64,000 nucleotides of DNA from an uncultured Chloroflexia bacterium (GTDB lineage Bacteria; Chloroflexota; Dehalococcoidia; GIF9; UBA5629): NCBI GenBank assembly GCA_963705905.1, contig OY970123.1:359762-423761 (forward strand), in the 5' to 3' direction. The position numbers and the translations under genes were made by a program. Below, piece after piece: positions 1-9,813 of the stretch. The notes under the pieces are model-generated. The model did not search any database. It saw only the letters and a program-made list of their open reading frames with translations, and was not told the DNA's origin. Position 1 is the first letter of the stretch, and the number at the start of each line of letters is the position of its first letter.

Positions 1-983
1 GGTGTAATTGTGAAGGGTGAACCGAGAAAAAGGGGATTTATGTAAAAAACGCCCGTCCAGGTTTGCCTGCCCATGAGATCTGCGAAAGAGGAGTCAGCTT
101 GGATGCTGGTGAAACAGCCCTGCGATGCCGGGTTCTGTCCGTTAAAATCGGACGGCAATGCAAGGTCTGTGCCGATCACCTTTCCCACAAGGACAGTGGC
201 GAAGATGGTACCTGTGCCCCATGTTGTCATATTGGTGTTGGTGTCCCGCTGACCTAAGTAGAGACGGGCAACGCTGGATACCTTATCACAGGAGATGACG
301 GCCAGCGTCGAGTCGGTAAGGTAGTTAGGAGAAAATTTAAGGGATGTTACTGCGCCCGGTAAAGTACCCTGCGTAAGCCATCCGCCAAGTGTGCCGTATT
401 TGAGGTTTAATACCTGACCGGAGTTGGTTTCGGTACGTGTGCCGATAGCGATATCGCGGAATCCGTTACCGTATTGATTGGATATGCTTATGCAGCTTAT
501 CCATTCGTTAGCACCAAGGCTGCTGAGTCCGGAACTTTGCCAGTTATTTCCTCCATCGATGGATATATATACCCGCTGGGGCCCTGCTGGCCCGGGGGGC
601 GTGGGCGAGGAATCAGTGACGGCCACGACAAACTTCGTATCGTCCGGGGCTAAGGCAACCGACCAGACCGGTAAAAGGGCCCCGGCAGCGGCAAGGCTGG
701 GGCTTATATCGGTGAAGCTGTAACCCCCGTTGATGGAGCGGAAAAGCGTTTGATTTTCCGTGTCGGCGCAATAAATTACCCCCTGGCCAAGGGCCATGGA
801 GTTGATCTCACTACCCCTTCGGATTACGTTATCGGGGCCTTCAGCCGGCGTTGTCACAACGGTCCAGGTTAGCGTCCTGGTGGTTGAGCCGGCTGCATTA
901 GCGGCAGGACAGAACGAACATACATCTAAAATGCTCAATACCAGCAGAAGAAAAATAGCGAATATGCGGTATACATTATACAT
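1..983 (-). CDS. Secreted BNR/Asp-box-like repeat protein, N-terminal part (gene runs off the window start)
   Basis: Absent from the ORF track because no stop lies in the window. My minus-strand translation from ATG 983-981 stays open to nt 1 (327 codons). It begins MYNVYRIFAIFLLLVLSILDV... (signal-like N-terminus), then shows SINGGYSF and SIDGGNNW Asp-box-like motifs. Confidence 0.55.
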   Translation of the reverse strand, partial: MYNVYRIFAIFLLLVLSILDVCSFCPAANAAGSTTRTLTWTVVTTPAEGPDNVIRRGSEINSMALGQGVIYCADTENQTLFRSINGGYSFTDISPSLAAAGALLPVWSVALAPDDTKFVVAVTDSSPTPPGPAGPQRVYISIDGGNNWQSSGLSSLGANEWISCISISNQYGNGFRDIAIGTRTETNSGQVLNLKYGTLGGWLTQGTLPGAVTSLKFSPNYLTDSTLAVISCDKVSSVARLYLGQRDTNTNMTTWGTGTIFATVLVGKVIGTDLALPSDFNGQNPASQGCFTSIQADSSFADLMGRQTWTGVFYINPLFLGSPFTIT

Positions 984-1253
984 AGGACTTTAGTCCCTGG
1001 TACTAGAGCAGCTCGGTTTTTGGCAGGGATTCATTTATATCAGGCTTAGTCGAAATCTACCATAAACAATGCGATATTTGCAAAATGCGGAATCGCATGC
1101 TAGATTAAGCTAAATGAATCTGGAATGCAGTGAAAACACAGGCCAGGCCATAGCTACTATTCAGTTGTTCCAACATCGGGCGCCGGCGGTTGTTTTTGAA
1201 GCAAGATGGGATCATTATGAGCATGCTATGCATTTATATATGCGGGGAAAGAA

Positions 1254-2615
1254 ATGATTGAGATATTAGAAGCTTCTCAAACGGCAACCCATGATCCCAA
1301 GGTGCTGCACCTGATTAACGATATGATTGACGGCCGTATTGAGGAGATACGGCCGGTTATCGATTTTACCAAGCAGTCCGGAGCAGTATATCCGCAGGTT
1401 GAAGCGATGCTGGGCAAGACCGCAGAAGAGGTTATTAAAATACTGGACAGCCTGGTGGAAGAGCGCATACTGGAAGGGCGCTTCTATGACCGCCTGATCT
1501 TCTGCCCTGTATGCAATTCCATGAATTTGAGGCCCAGCCTGAGGTGCCCTAAATGCGGGTCCGGCAATGTTGCCAAGGGACGGATCCTGGAGCACTTTGC
1601 CTGCGGTAAGAATGGGTTGGAGCAGGAGTTTATCGCAGGCGGAAAATACATATGTCCCCACTGCAAAAAGCCGCTTAAGTTCCTGGGCACGGATTACCGC
1701 AGCCTGGGCGTGAATTACAAGTGCCAGAGCTGTGGCGGCCTGTCCACCGATATCACCATGAAATGGCAATGCCTCAAATGCTCCATCTTCTTCTCTGATG
1801 AAGAAGCTAAAGTCCAGACCATTAACTCTTACATTTTGAACGAGCAGAGCAGGAACTGGCTTACATTCGATATGGGCTTCAAGTCAAAGTTTATCACCTA
1901 CCTGGAGCAGCAAGGCTACAATGTATTTGAAAAGGCCAGGGTGAACAGCGGCTCCGGGTCGGGGGTGACACACGTGATGGACATGCTGGCCGAGCGTGAT
2001 GATGGGTTCCTCACGTTCGTACTGGGCATCGGTATAGCTATCGGACACGACTCGGAAAATATCGGCCTCGAGGACGTTTTCAGATTCGATAATAAGGCCT
2101 ACGACCTGGGTATTCACGATAAGATACTTCTGGCCATGCCCGGTCTAAATAGCGAAGCCAGGCAATTTGCCCAGAGGCAGCGTATCAAGTCGTTCAATGC
2201 CGAAGAATTGGAGACATTTTTGAAGGGTACAGGCGACAACCTGCCGGCCAAAGTTGAAAAAAAACCCTTCAAATTTGAAAACCGTAAACAGTTGCTGAAA
2301 TACCTGCATGGACAGGGCTACAGGACGGAGGAAAAAGCCAAAATACGCGGCCGCTCGGGCGCCGAATACACTATGGATATTATCGCGTATTACGATGACG
2401 GCCTGTTTACGCACACTATATCTATCGGTATATTAACCGATCCCAAAGGAGTCGGGCTGGAGGCGGTATCAGCCTATGATACCAAGGCTTACGATATCGG
2501 CATTCACGATAAGATATTGCTGGCATCGCCGGGCCTGGCCAGAGAAGCCCAGCAATTTGCCGAACAACAGAAGATAAAGATTATAAATGTAGAGGACGCG
2601 GCAACTTTAGCATGA
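1254..2615 (+). CDS. Multi-zinc-ribbon protein with a duplicated ~110-aa C-terminal domain; function unknown
   Basis: 453-aa ORF. It has several Cys pairs (CPVCNS..CPKCGS, CPHCKK, CQSCGG, CLKCS). Two clearly homologous repeats follow (..AYDLGIHDKILLAMPGLNSEARQFAQRQRIK.. and ..AYDIGIHDKILLASPGLAREAQQFAEQQKIK..). It lies 28 nt upstream of pilB on the same strand. Confidence 0.75.
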   Translation: MIEILEASQTATHDPKVLHLINDMIDGRIEEIRPVIDFTKQSGAVYPQVEAMLGKTAEEVIKILDSLVEERILEGRFYDRLIFCPVCNSMNLRPSLRCPKCGSGNVAKGRILEHFACGKNGLEQEFIAGGKYICPHCKKPLKFLGTDYRSLGVNYKCQSCGGLSTDITMKWQCLKCSIFFSDEEAKVQTINSYILNEQSRNWLTFDMGFKSKFITYLEQQGYNVFEKARVNSGSGSGVTHVMDMLAERDDGFLTFVLGIGIAIGHDSENIGLEDVFRFDNKAYDLGIHDKILLAMPGLNSEARQFAQRQRIKSFNAEELETFLKGTGDNLPAKVEKKPFKFENRKQLLKYLHGQGYRTEEKAKIRGRSGAEYTMDIIAYYDDGLFTHTISIGILTDPKGVGLEAVSAYDTKAYDIGIHDKILLASPGLAREAQQFAEQQKIKIINVEDAATLA

Positions 2616-2642
2616 TATTTATAGTCATTAAGAGAGGCTACG

Positions 2643-4202
2643 ATGCCATCTGATTCCAACGAAGCAAAGGCCCGGGCCAATACGCGTAGCGGACCGGGTA
2701 AGCCTGGGATTGCCAGGCTCAATGTCCAGGCGGACGTTCCCATGCCGGAGGCACTACAGCTTGTGCCGGAGGATATAGCCAGGAAATATAATGTACTGCC
2801 GCAATCCCTGGACGGGAACACGCTGCGTGTTTACATGGCCAATCCCAGTGATATTCTCACCATAGAGAACCTCTCGATTTATACCAAAAAAAGGATTGAG
2901 CCGATACCTGCCACAGAGGCAGATATCAAAGAAGCCATCGATTACAACTACAAAACGCTTAAGGACGGCGGCAGGGGTGGCGACCGGACTTCTGCAGGCC
3001 AGGCAGCGGCTGATGTCAGCCTTGCTGATGAAGCATCCGATACGCCTATAGCACGCCAACTCGATAGGCTGCTGGAGGAAGGTGTCAAGGCACGCGCCTC
3101 GGACATACATATCGAGCCGGATGAAATAAGAGTGCGGGTCCGTTACAGGATCGACGGCATTTTACATGAGGTTGCCTCATTGCCGCTGAGCGTGCACACG
3201 GCTTTGATTTCACGCATCAAGATCCTTTCGGATATGAATATTGCCGACCACCGCCGGCCGCAGGACGGCCAGTTCTCGTTTGAAGCGGGCGGCAAGCGCA
3301 TCGATGTTCGCGTGGCTACCATTAACACCGTTAATGGGGAGATGGGTGTGCTTCGGTTGCTGGACAAGTCCATGGCGGCGCTGGCCCTGCCGCAGATAGG
3401 CTTCCTCAGGGAAAGCCAGGAACAATACGAGAAGATGTTGATGATGCCCTATGGCATGGTCTTGATTAGCGGGCCGACCGGCGCCGGAAAGACTACGACG
3501 CTATATGCGGCCGTCAACTCACTTGACAGCGTAGGGAAAAACATCATAACCATCGAAGACCCTGTCGAGTACAGATTCGAAAACATTAACCAGATACAAG
3601 TCAATATCAAAGCCGGCCTGACCTTTGCCGGAGGGTTACGCTCTATCGTCAGGCTGGACCCGGATGTGATCCTGGTGGGCGAGATACGTGACAGCGAGAC
3701 TGCGCAAATCGCCGTGCAGTCGGCGCTTACCGGGCATCTGGTACTTTCTTCGGTGCACGCTAATGAGACTGTGGGTGTGCTATTCCGGTTGATCGACCTG
3801 GGGGTTGAGCCGTTCCTGATCAGCTCCGCTCTGGTAGGCATAGTGGCCCAGCGGATGGTGAGGCGTGTTTGTCCTCACTGTGCGCGCAAGGTTACTGTGC
3901 CCCTGGTCGAGCAAATAGCCTATGAGAAGGAAATGGGGGAGAGCAGGACCGAGTTTATGTATGGTGCAGGCTGCAAGGAATGCGTTTACTCCGGCTACCT
4001 GGGGCGGACTGCCATATTCGAGATTTTGACCATGACCGATGAGCTGCGCCGTATGATAGTTGCGGGCGCCGGCAACCAGGATATCCATGCTACCGCCTTG
4101 AGTCAAGGCCTGGTTACCATTGCCAAAGACGGCATGATGAAGGCCAAGGCAGGGATCACCACGCCCTATGAGGTCCTCAGGAACGCTTTCGCTATCTCTT
4201 AG
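2643..4202 (+). CDS. pilB: Type IV pilus assembly ATPase (GspE/PilB family)
   Basis: 519 aa. T2SSE_N-like N-domain, Walker A GPTGAGKTTT, and a tetracysteine motif CPHC...CKEC typical of PilB/GspE. Confidence 0.9.
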   Translation: MPSDSNEAKARANTRSGPGKPGIARLNVQADVPMPEALQLVPEDIARKYNVLPQSLDGNTLRVYMANPSDILTIENLSIYTKKRIEPIPATEADIKEAIDYNYKTLKDGGRGGDRTSAGQAAADVSLADEASDTPIARQLDRLLEEGVKARASDIHIEPDEIRVRVRYRIDGILHEVASLPLSVHTALISRIKILSDMNIADHRRPQDGQFSFEAGGKRIDVRVATINTVNGEMGVLRLLDKSMAALALPQIGFLRESQEQYEKMLMMPYGMVLISGPTGAGKTTTLYAAVNSLDSVGKNIITIEDPVEYRFENINQIQVNIKAGLTFAGGLRSIVRLDPDVILVGEIRDSETAQIAVQSALTGHLVLSSVHANETVGVLFRLIDLGVEPFLISSALVGIVAQRMVRRVCPHCARKVTVPLVEQIAYEKEMGESRTEFMYGAGCKECVYSGYLGRTAIFEILTMTDELRRMIVAGAGNQDIHATALSQGLVTIAKDGMMKAKAGITTPYEVLRNAFAIS

Positions 4203-4220
4203 TGTTTCCGGATAATAGCT

Positions 4221-5435
4221 ATGGAATACGAATACGTCGGATATACTGTAGACCGCAGGGTTGTTAAGGGCAGGATAACAGCCGATAGTGAAAAGAGCGC
4301 CGGTGACGCACTTTTACGCGATGGCTATCAGATACTCAATGTAAAGCCCATCACCCCTTTCCTGACCGGGATCCCTTCTTTCATGAAGCCGAAAGTCAAA
4401 GGGGAAGATGTCGTGATGTTTTCCAGGCAATTAGCCCTGCTTCTGGAGTCCGGTGTTGGGATCGTGCAAAGCCTTGACCTGTTGCGTGCGCAGTCGGTAA
4501 ATAAGAATTTTTCCGCCATGCTGGGCACTGTTGTGACCGACCTGCGCGCCGGATTGCCCTTATCGGTTGCCCTCGAAAAACATCCGGGGGCTTTTTCCAA
4601 GATGTTTTGTAAAATTATTGCAGTCGGAGAACAGACGGGCCAATTGGAGAGTGTGCTGAGGAACCTCGCCAGCTACTCCGAGCAGGCTACCACGGCTATC
4701 AGGAAGGTCAAGCAGGCCACAACTTATCCCGCCGTCGTGCTGGTACTGGCGATTCTGGTGGCCATACTCATGGTCACGTTTATTTTGCCTCCGATCCTGG
4801 CAGTATTTAAAAATCTGGGCGGCCACCTGCCCCTCGTAACAGAGATACTAATATGGTCGATTACATTTGCCACAAACTACGGTATATATATATTTATAGC
4901 CATTGGCATAGCGTTGGTAATCGGCTATCTGTACTTCCGGACGCCGGAGGGAGCCTACCAGAGGGATGCCATTTTACTAAGGCTGCCGGTCCTGGGAAGG
5001 CTCATTCTGCTTAACACCCTTTCACGTATCTGCCGCAGCATAACGTTGTTATTCAGGTCGGGCCTGCCGCTGCCGGATATATTGACATTGACCTCGGATT
5101 CTGCCGGCAACAGGGTCATTGCCAAGGCCCTGACTGAGGTGGAGCAGGATATCATCAAAGGCGAGGCGCTGGCTGCGGCGATGAGAAGCAGGCCTGTTTT
5201 TCTACCGCTCATGGTCGAGATGACTAGGGTCGGGGAGGAGACAGGTAATCTTGACAGCACGTTGACAGTGGTCGCTGACAGCTTTGAAATTGAGGCGTCG
5301 GACAAGCTGCAGACACTGCTGGGCCTGATCGAGCCTGCTATGACCGTAGCTATCGGGCTTGTGGTCGGGTTCCTGGCCTTATCTATTTTCGTGCCTATCT
5401 ATTCAGCCGTCAGCGTGGTTGGGGGTGGAGGCTAA
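4221..5435 (+). CDS. pilC: Type IV pilus platform protein (GspF/PilC family)
   Basis: 404 aa with two T2SSF-like repeats and hydrophobic TM segments. It immediately follows pilB. Confidence 0.9.
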   Translation: MEYEYVGYTVDRRVVKGRITADSEKSAGDALLRDGYQILNVKPITPFLTGIPSFMKPKVKGEDVVMFSRQLALLLESGVGIVQSLDLLRAQSVNKNFSAMLGTVVTDLRAGLPLSVALEKHPGAFSKMFCKIIAVGEQTGQLESVLRNLASYSEQATTAIRKVKQATTYPAVVLVLAILVAILMVTFILPPILAVFKNLGGHLPLVTEILIWSITFATNYGIYIFIAIGIALVIGYLYFRTPEGAYQRDAILLRLPVLGRLILLNTLSRICRSITLLFRSGLPLPDILTLTSDSAGNRVIAKALTEVEQDIIKGEALAAAMRSRPVFLPLMVEMTRVGEETGNLDSTLTVVADSFEIEASDKLQTLLGLIEPAMTVAIGLVVGFLALSIFVPIYSAVSVVGGGG

Positions 5436-5437
5436 TC

Positions 5438-5872
5438 ATGCGGCACTTAAGCGCAGGCGGTGAGCGGGGCGTGAGTTTGACGGAAGCGCTGGTAGCTGTC
5501 GCTATTCTTGGCTTCGTGGGTGTCACCCTGGTTGCGGGTATATATACAACTATCCAGGGCAATACTATCGCCCGTATTAATATGTCGGCGGAAAGCCTGG
5601 CGCGCTATGAGCTTGAGTATGTTAAGTCTGTCAGCGACAACTGGACCAATATCACTAAGGCGACAGTGCCATGGCACTATACGCTGCCGGGAGGGCCCTA
5701 CCCTGCCTGGGATTCGTCCCATAACAGCCTTCCCTCCGGTTACACGGGCTACACCATCACCGTAAATGGGAATGTTCTCGGTGGCTCGTATGATACCAAT
5801 ATTCAGCAGGTTACCGCTACCGTGACATACAACAGCAAGCAAGAGGCGCAGATAGCTGAATACATTCCTTAG
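5438..5872 (+). CDS. Prepilin-type minor pilin / pseudopilin
   Basis: N-terminus GERG|VSLTEALVAVAILGFV has Gly-1 and Glu+5 followed by a hydrophobic helix (class III signal). The start lies 3 nt after the pilC stop. Confidence 0.7.
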   Translation: MRHLSAGGERGVSLTEALVAVAILGFVGVTLVAGIYTTIQGNTIARINMSAESLARYELEYVKSVSDNWTNITKATVPWHYTLPGGPYPAWDSSHNSLPSGYTGYTITVNGNVLGGSYDTNIQQVTATVTYNSKQEAQIAEYIP

Positions 5873-5883
5873 CTTAACATAAA

Positions 5884-6396
5884 ATGATTATTTATAAAAA
5901 GGGCAAAGCAGGCGCTAATTGTAGCGCGGGTTTTACGCTGATTGAACTCATAGTCACCTTATCGATTATGGGTGCGGTAAGCGCCATTATGGCGATGACA
6001 TTCAGCGAGGCTACCAAGCTGACGAGCTCTGATATGGCGCAGGCTATAGTGCTGGCGCAGGTGCACCAGGCTGGAGAATCGATAGCCAAAGATGTTGCCA
6101 GCGCTGACAATATTACGGCCGGCTCAACGGGCACCTGGACATGTTCGATGGTCTGCTATCAATGGAACGGGACCGCATTTGTGACCCAAAACATAACCTA
6201 TACGATAAGCAACGGGCAATTGCTGCGCAACGGGGTAATCATTGCGCAGTATATCGTAAATCCTGGCACCGACACACTGTTTACCCAGGTCACTCCAACT
6301 GCTACTGAGAACAATACGTACATATTGAGTATCAAGGCGGTTAAAAATAACGCCAGCTTCAGCAAGGCCTTGAAGATCTACCAGAGGATACCGTGA
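5884..6396 (+). CDS. Prepilin-type minor pilin
   Basis: Canonical AG|FTLIELIVTLSIMG N-methylation motif. Confidence 0.8.
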   Translation: MIIYKKGKAGANCSAGFTLIELIVTLSIMGAVSAIMAMTFSEATKLTSSDMAQAIVLAQVHQAGESIAKDVASADNITAGSTGTWTCSMVCYQWNGTAFVTQNITYTISNGQLLRNGVIIAQYIVNPGTDTLFTQVTPTATENNTYILSIKAVKNNASFSKALKIYQRIP

Positions 6397-7670
6397 TAGT
6401 CAAGTGCATTATGATGGTTAAAAGGTTTCTGAGAAAAACCGGCCGTAAAGAGCCCGGTACGATATTGCCTCTGGCATTGGTATTAATGATGGCTGCCATC
6501 TTTATAATTACGCCAGCACTGGGGTTCATGTATTCACTCCTGACCATTAACTCCAACGCCCAGCAGGACGTAGCGGCCTACTATGCGGCGGACGCAGGCG
6601 TATCTGCAGCTTACTGGTATTTCCAAAAGAACTCGGGTCCCCCTTTTTTCCCCTATGCAGTCGGCCCTGTAAACGGAATGACAGTGAGTGTCACACAGCT
6701 GGCGCATACATCGGCCAGTGATAACTCATCCGACAACTATACCATTCAGTCGATTGCGCTGGTGGGCAGCAAACCTAGGGCAACGGTGGTCGCCCTGATC
6801 CAAGTTCCGGCGCCCGGCAATAATATATTTAACCAGGCAGTCGCCAGCCTGAATGGCAACGTCACTGTTCAAAGCAGCGGACACATAATATCCGATGGAA
6901 GACAGGCAGGTAACTATGGCAATATCTATGCCAACGGTAATATAAGTGTAACGCCAAGCTCAGCGGTGGGGGGGACTTGCTGTTCCGCCTGCAATTCCTG
7001 CGGTTCGGGCACTGCTGCTCAGGGCCTGGCATCTGCAACCGGATCAGTAACGGTAAGCAACTGTAATACGGGAACATGTGTCGGCAGTGCGGTAAGCGGC
7101 GCTCCGTCCGTCTCATACACCGTTAACGTGCAGAATTTTATTAACCAGGCCAGCGCCGGCACGCATTATGCCAGTAATCCGGTTCCAAGTTACGGGACTT
7201 TTACGTTCCCGGGCCCGGCCTATATAACCGGCGATCTGACCATAGCGGGCAGCGTTACCGTTAATTTGACCGGCACTGTGTATTGCACCGGCAACCTCAC
7301 CATAGGAGGCAGCGGCCAGGTGAAAGGGGCATATACCATGGTATGTGGGGGAAACCTAAGCGTAGCCGGAGGCTCCACTGCTCTGCTTGCAGCAGGGTCT
7401 ATACCTTTTATAATCTGCCAGGGCACTACGGTTACTGTCAGCGGCAGCGCATGTATAGCCGCGGTTATATATGCGCCCAATGCAGCGGCAACTCTGAGCG
7501 GCGGTGTTCCTACACCTCCGGGCTATAACGTTTACGGTGCGGTAATTGCCAAAAGCGTAACGGTATCCAGTATGACAATAGAATACATGAGCGGCATCCA
7601 TTCTGAGACCCAGATACCCGGCGCGGGCCTGGGAGGAGCCCCCGTTTTAATCGGCTATAACTACCGGTGA
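6393..7670 (+). CDS. Large PilX-like minor pilin / putative tip protein
   Basis: 425 aa with a GTG start overlapping the upstream stop (GTGA). It has a hydrophobic N-terminal helix without Glu+5 and a Cys-rich patch GGTCCSACNSCGSG...SNCNTGTCVGS. Repetitive Gly/Thr/Val-rich segments follow (GNLTIGGSGQVKG.., GGNLSVAGGS..). Confidence 0.6.
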   Translation: MIVKCIMMVKRFLRKTGRKEPGTILPLALVLMMAAIFIITPALGFMYSLLTINSNAQQDVAAYYAADAGVSAAYWYFQKNSGPPFFPYAVGPVNGMTVSVTQLAHTSASDNSSDNYTIQSIALVGSKPRATVVALIQVPAPGNNIFNQAVASLNGNVTVQSSGHIISDGRQAGNYGNIYANGNISVTPSSAVGGTCCSACNSCGSGTAAQGLASATGSVTVSNCNTGTCVGSAVSGAPSVSYTVNVQNFINQASAGTHYASNPVPSYGTFTFPGPAYITGDLTIAGSVTVNLTGTVYCTGNLTIGGSGQVKGAYTMVCGGNLSVAGGSTALLAAGSIPFIICQGTTVTVSGSACIAAVIYAPNAAATLSGGVPTPPGYNVYGAVIAKSVTVSSMTIEYMSGIHSETQIPGAGLGGAPVLIGYNYR

Positions 7671-7758
7671 GGTTCGCTATTTGTAAAATAATGGGACGGG
7701 TTAAAACGGATTCATTTAATGTATAATATGCGCAAAAGGCTGGTAGGAATAAATAGAA

Positions 7759-8358
7759 TTGCGTCCGCCCGCTGATTCTTCTAAAAGCGCCGTCCGTAGC
7801 CTGTTGCAAAGGCTACCCCGCTTGAGCACGTCCGTCTGGTTGATTATCATAGGGGCACTATTTCTTATAGCCATCGTCCCTATTGCGCTATCCTATTCGG
7901 ACGAATTCTACAGGCAAAGCGCCTTAACTAACCGCCTGACTGAATTGAGCACCCAATACAATGTCCTGCAGGGCCAATTAACTGCTCAGACGTCTGTAGA
8001 TAGCGAAATAAACAAACTAAACTCCGATATCGCCGCTGAAAGGGCGATCTATGGTAATGCCTGCGACAGCATAGAAACGGCGCAGAAATTGATCAATCTG
8101 GCCTGGCAGTATGATATTACCATCACTTCCATGACTGTCTCATCGAGCACGACCCAAATACAGGGGACAGACTATCCGGTGACAATATATGTCGTAAGCA
8201 TGAACGGCTGGGTCCAGAATTTTCTTAATTTCATAAGGGGCCTGAATGATGTGTTGCCGTCCAGCTTATGTACCGATATAAGCATGCAGCCTGCCCAGGC
8301 CCAGGGGCTCCCTGACCAGGCCACTATTACGGTAACAGTGTATTGTACTAATCAATGA
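7759..8358 (+). CDS. Bitopic membrane protein with coiled-coil region, PilO-like by position
   Basis: 199 aa with a TTG start. It has one TM (VWLIIIGALFLIAIVPIAL) followed by a heptad-like Q/L/T-rich stretch. The call rests on context in the pilus operon only. Confidence 0.5.
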   Translation: MRPPADSSKSAVRSLLQRLPRLSTSVWLIIIGALFLIAIVPIALSYSDEFYRQSALTNRLTELSTQYNVLQGQLTAQTSVDSEINKLNSDIAAERAIYGNACDSIETAQKLINLAWQYDITITSMTVSSSTTQIQGTDYPVTIYVVSMNGWVQNFLNFIRGLNDVLPSSLCTDISMQPAQAQGLPDQATITVTVYCTNQ

Positions 8359-8371
8359 GAACAGCCGATAA

Positions 8372-9778
8372 ATGTTAACTCTAAATATAGAAGATGACTC
8401 TGTAAGGATAACCCGTTTTAGCGGCAAACGGGTCTTAACTGCCGTTGAAGGAAGCTTGACGGCAGGCTGGGTGCAGAACGGGGTCGTCATTGATAAAGAG
8501 TCAGTCAGCCGGGAAATGACCAGCCTTCTGACCTCCAATAATATCCGGGAGAGGGAAGCTATAGCCTGTGTAAGCGGGGTCCACTCAATTTACAGAGTAG
8601 TTTACGTGCCCAAGCTCGAAAGGGGTTTGCTGGCTGAAGCCGCCGGGAAAGAGATGGAACGCGTAAGTCCCGTCCCTCTGGAAACCCTGTATACATCCTG
8701 GCAGGAAGTTAAAATATCGGGTATCGAATCAGCATTGTGCCTGCTGGGTTTGCCGCACGAAAATGTTGATTCAGTGATGGAAACTGTCAAGTTGTGCGGT
8801 ATTAAGCTAAAATCTCTGGAGCTTAAGCCGCTGGCCATCGATCGTGTGGTGGATGAACAGACCGCCGTTGTGGTCAATGTGCAGGTAAACGGCTTCGATA
8901 TCAGCGTGCTGGACTCGGGAATACCGGAATTGATGCGCAGCCTGACTTTCCCTCAGGCGGATATGAAAGAGCCCGATAAGACATCCATGATCCACGATGA
9001 GATAGTCAAGACGGTCAATTTTTATAATTCCAGCCATGCCGGAAGACAATTGGATAATAATGTTAATTGCTTCTTAAGCGGCGACCTACGCGACAGCCTC
9101 GTACAGGCAATTACGTACAATGTAAAACCCCTTCCTGCCAACCTCATTTATCCAGCAGGGGTCGATGAGGGCAGGTTTGCAGCCAACAGCGGGATGGCTT
9201 TGAAGGGAACACCCGGCGCAGCCAGGCTTATGAAAGTTAACATCGATGTCCTGCCCCGGCTGGCGGCTAAACCGGCGGCCATGTCCAGCACCCTTCCGCT
9301 TTACGCTCTGGCCGCTGCCTCAGTGATATTTATTGCTACTTATATACTTTACAACTCGGAGGCCTCACAGAATTTGAGCCTTCAAATGCTTGTCAATGAG
9401 AAAACAAAGCAGGTTGTGGATGTGCAAAGAAGTGTTAAAGAGCAGGGCGACAAAGCCACTCAACTGCGTAACCAGTCCCAGCAAACGCTTAATGCCTTAA
9501 AAGCTCCATTGGACTATCTGGCGCAGCAGAGGGCTTTCATCAACAGGGACTGGGGCAACCTGATAGCTCCGCTTCCGGGATATATGTATTTGACGTCGAT
9601 CCATGATGATGGCAAAACAATAACGATTCAGGGCACAGCTCCTAACGGGGATATGGTCCTGGACTACGCCCGCAACCTTCAGCAGAATGGTAATTATAAG
9701 CTGGTAAATGTGAATTCTATAACCAGCACATCCTACAATCAAGCCCAGTTTGAGATCGCCTTAACGCCGGACAGGTAA
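8372..9778 (+). CDS. pilM: PilM (actin-like ATPase fold) fused to a PilN-like TM/periplasmic module
   Basis: 468 aa. The N-terminal ~290 aa resemble PilM. A TM follows (LPLYALAAASVIFIATYILY), then a coiled coil and a C-terminal alpha/beta module as in PilN/PilO. Confidence 0.7.
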   Translation: MLTLNIEDDSVRITRFSGKRVLTAVEGSLTAGWVQNGVVIDKESVSREMTSLLTSNNIREREAIACVSGVHSIYRVVYVPKLERGLLAEAAGKEMERVSPVPLETLYTSWQEVKISGIESALCLLGLPHENVDSVMETVKLCGIKLKSLELKPLAIDRVVDEQTAVVVNVQVNGFDISVLDSGIPELMRSLTFPQADMKEPDKTSMIHDEIVKTVNFYNSSHAGRQLDNNVNCFLSGDLRDSLVQAITYNVKPLPANLIYPAGVDEGRFAANSGMALKGTPGAARLMKVNIDVLPRLAAKPAAMSSTLPLYALAAASVIFIATYILYNSEASQNLSLQMLVNEKTKQVVDVQRSVKEQGDKATQLRNQSQQTLNALKAPLDYLAQQRAFINRDWGNLIAPLPGYMYLTSIHDDGKTITIQGTAPNGDMVLDYARNLQQNGNYKLVNVNSITSTSYNQAQFEIALTPDR

Positions 9779-9813
9779 AGAGCCCGGGTCGCAAAGAGAT
9801 AAAAAGGCTATAG

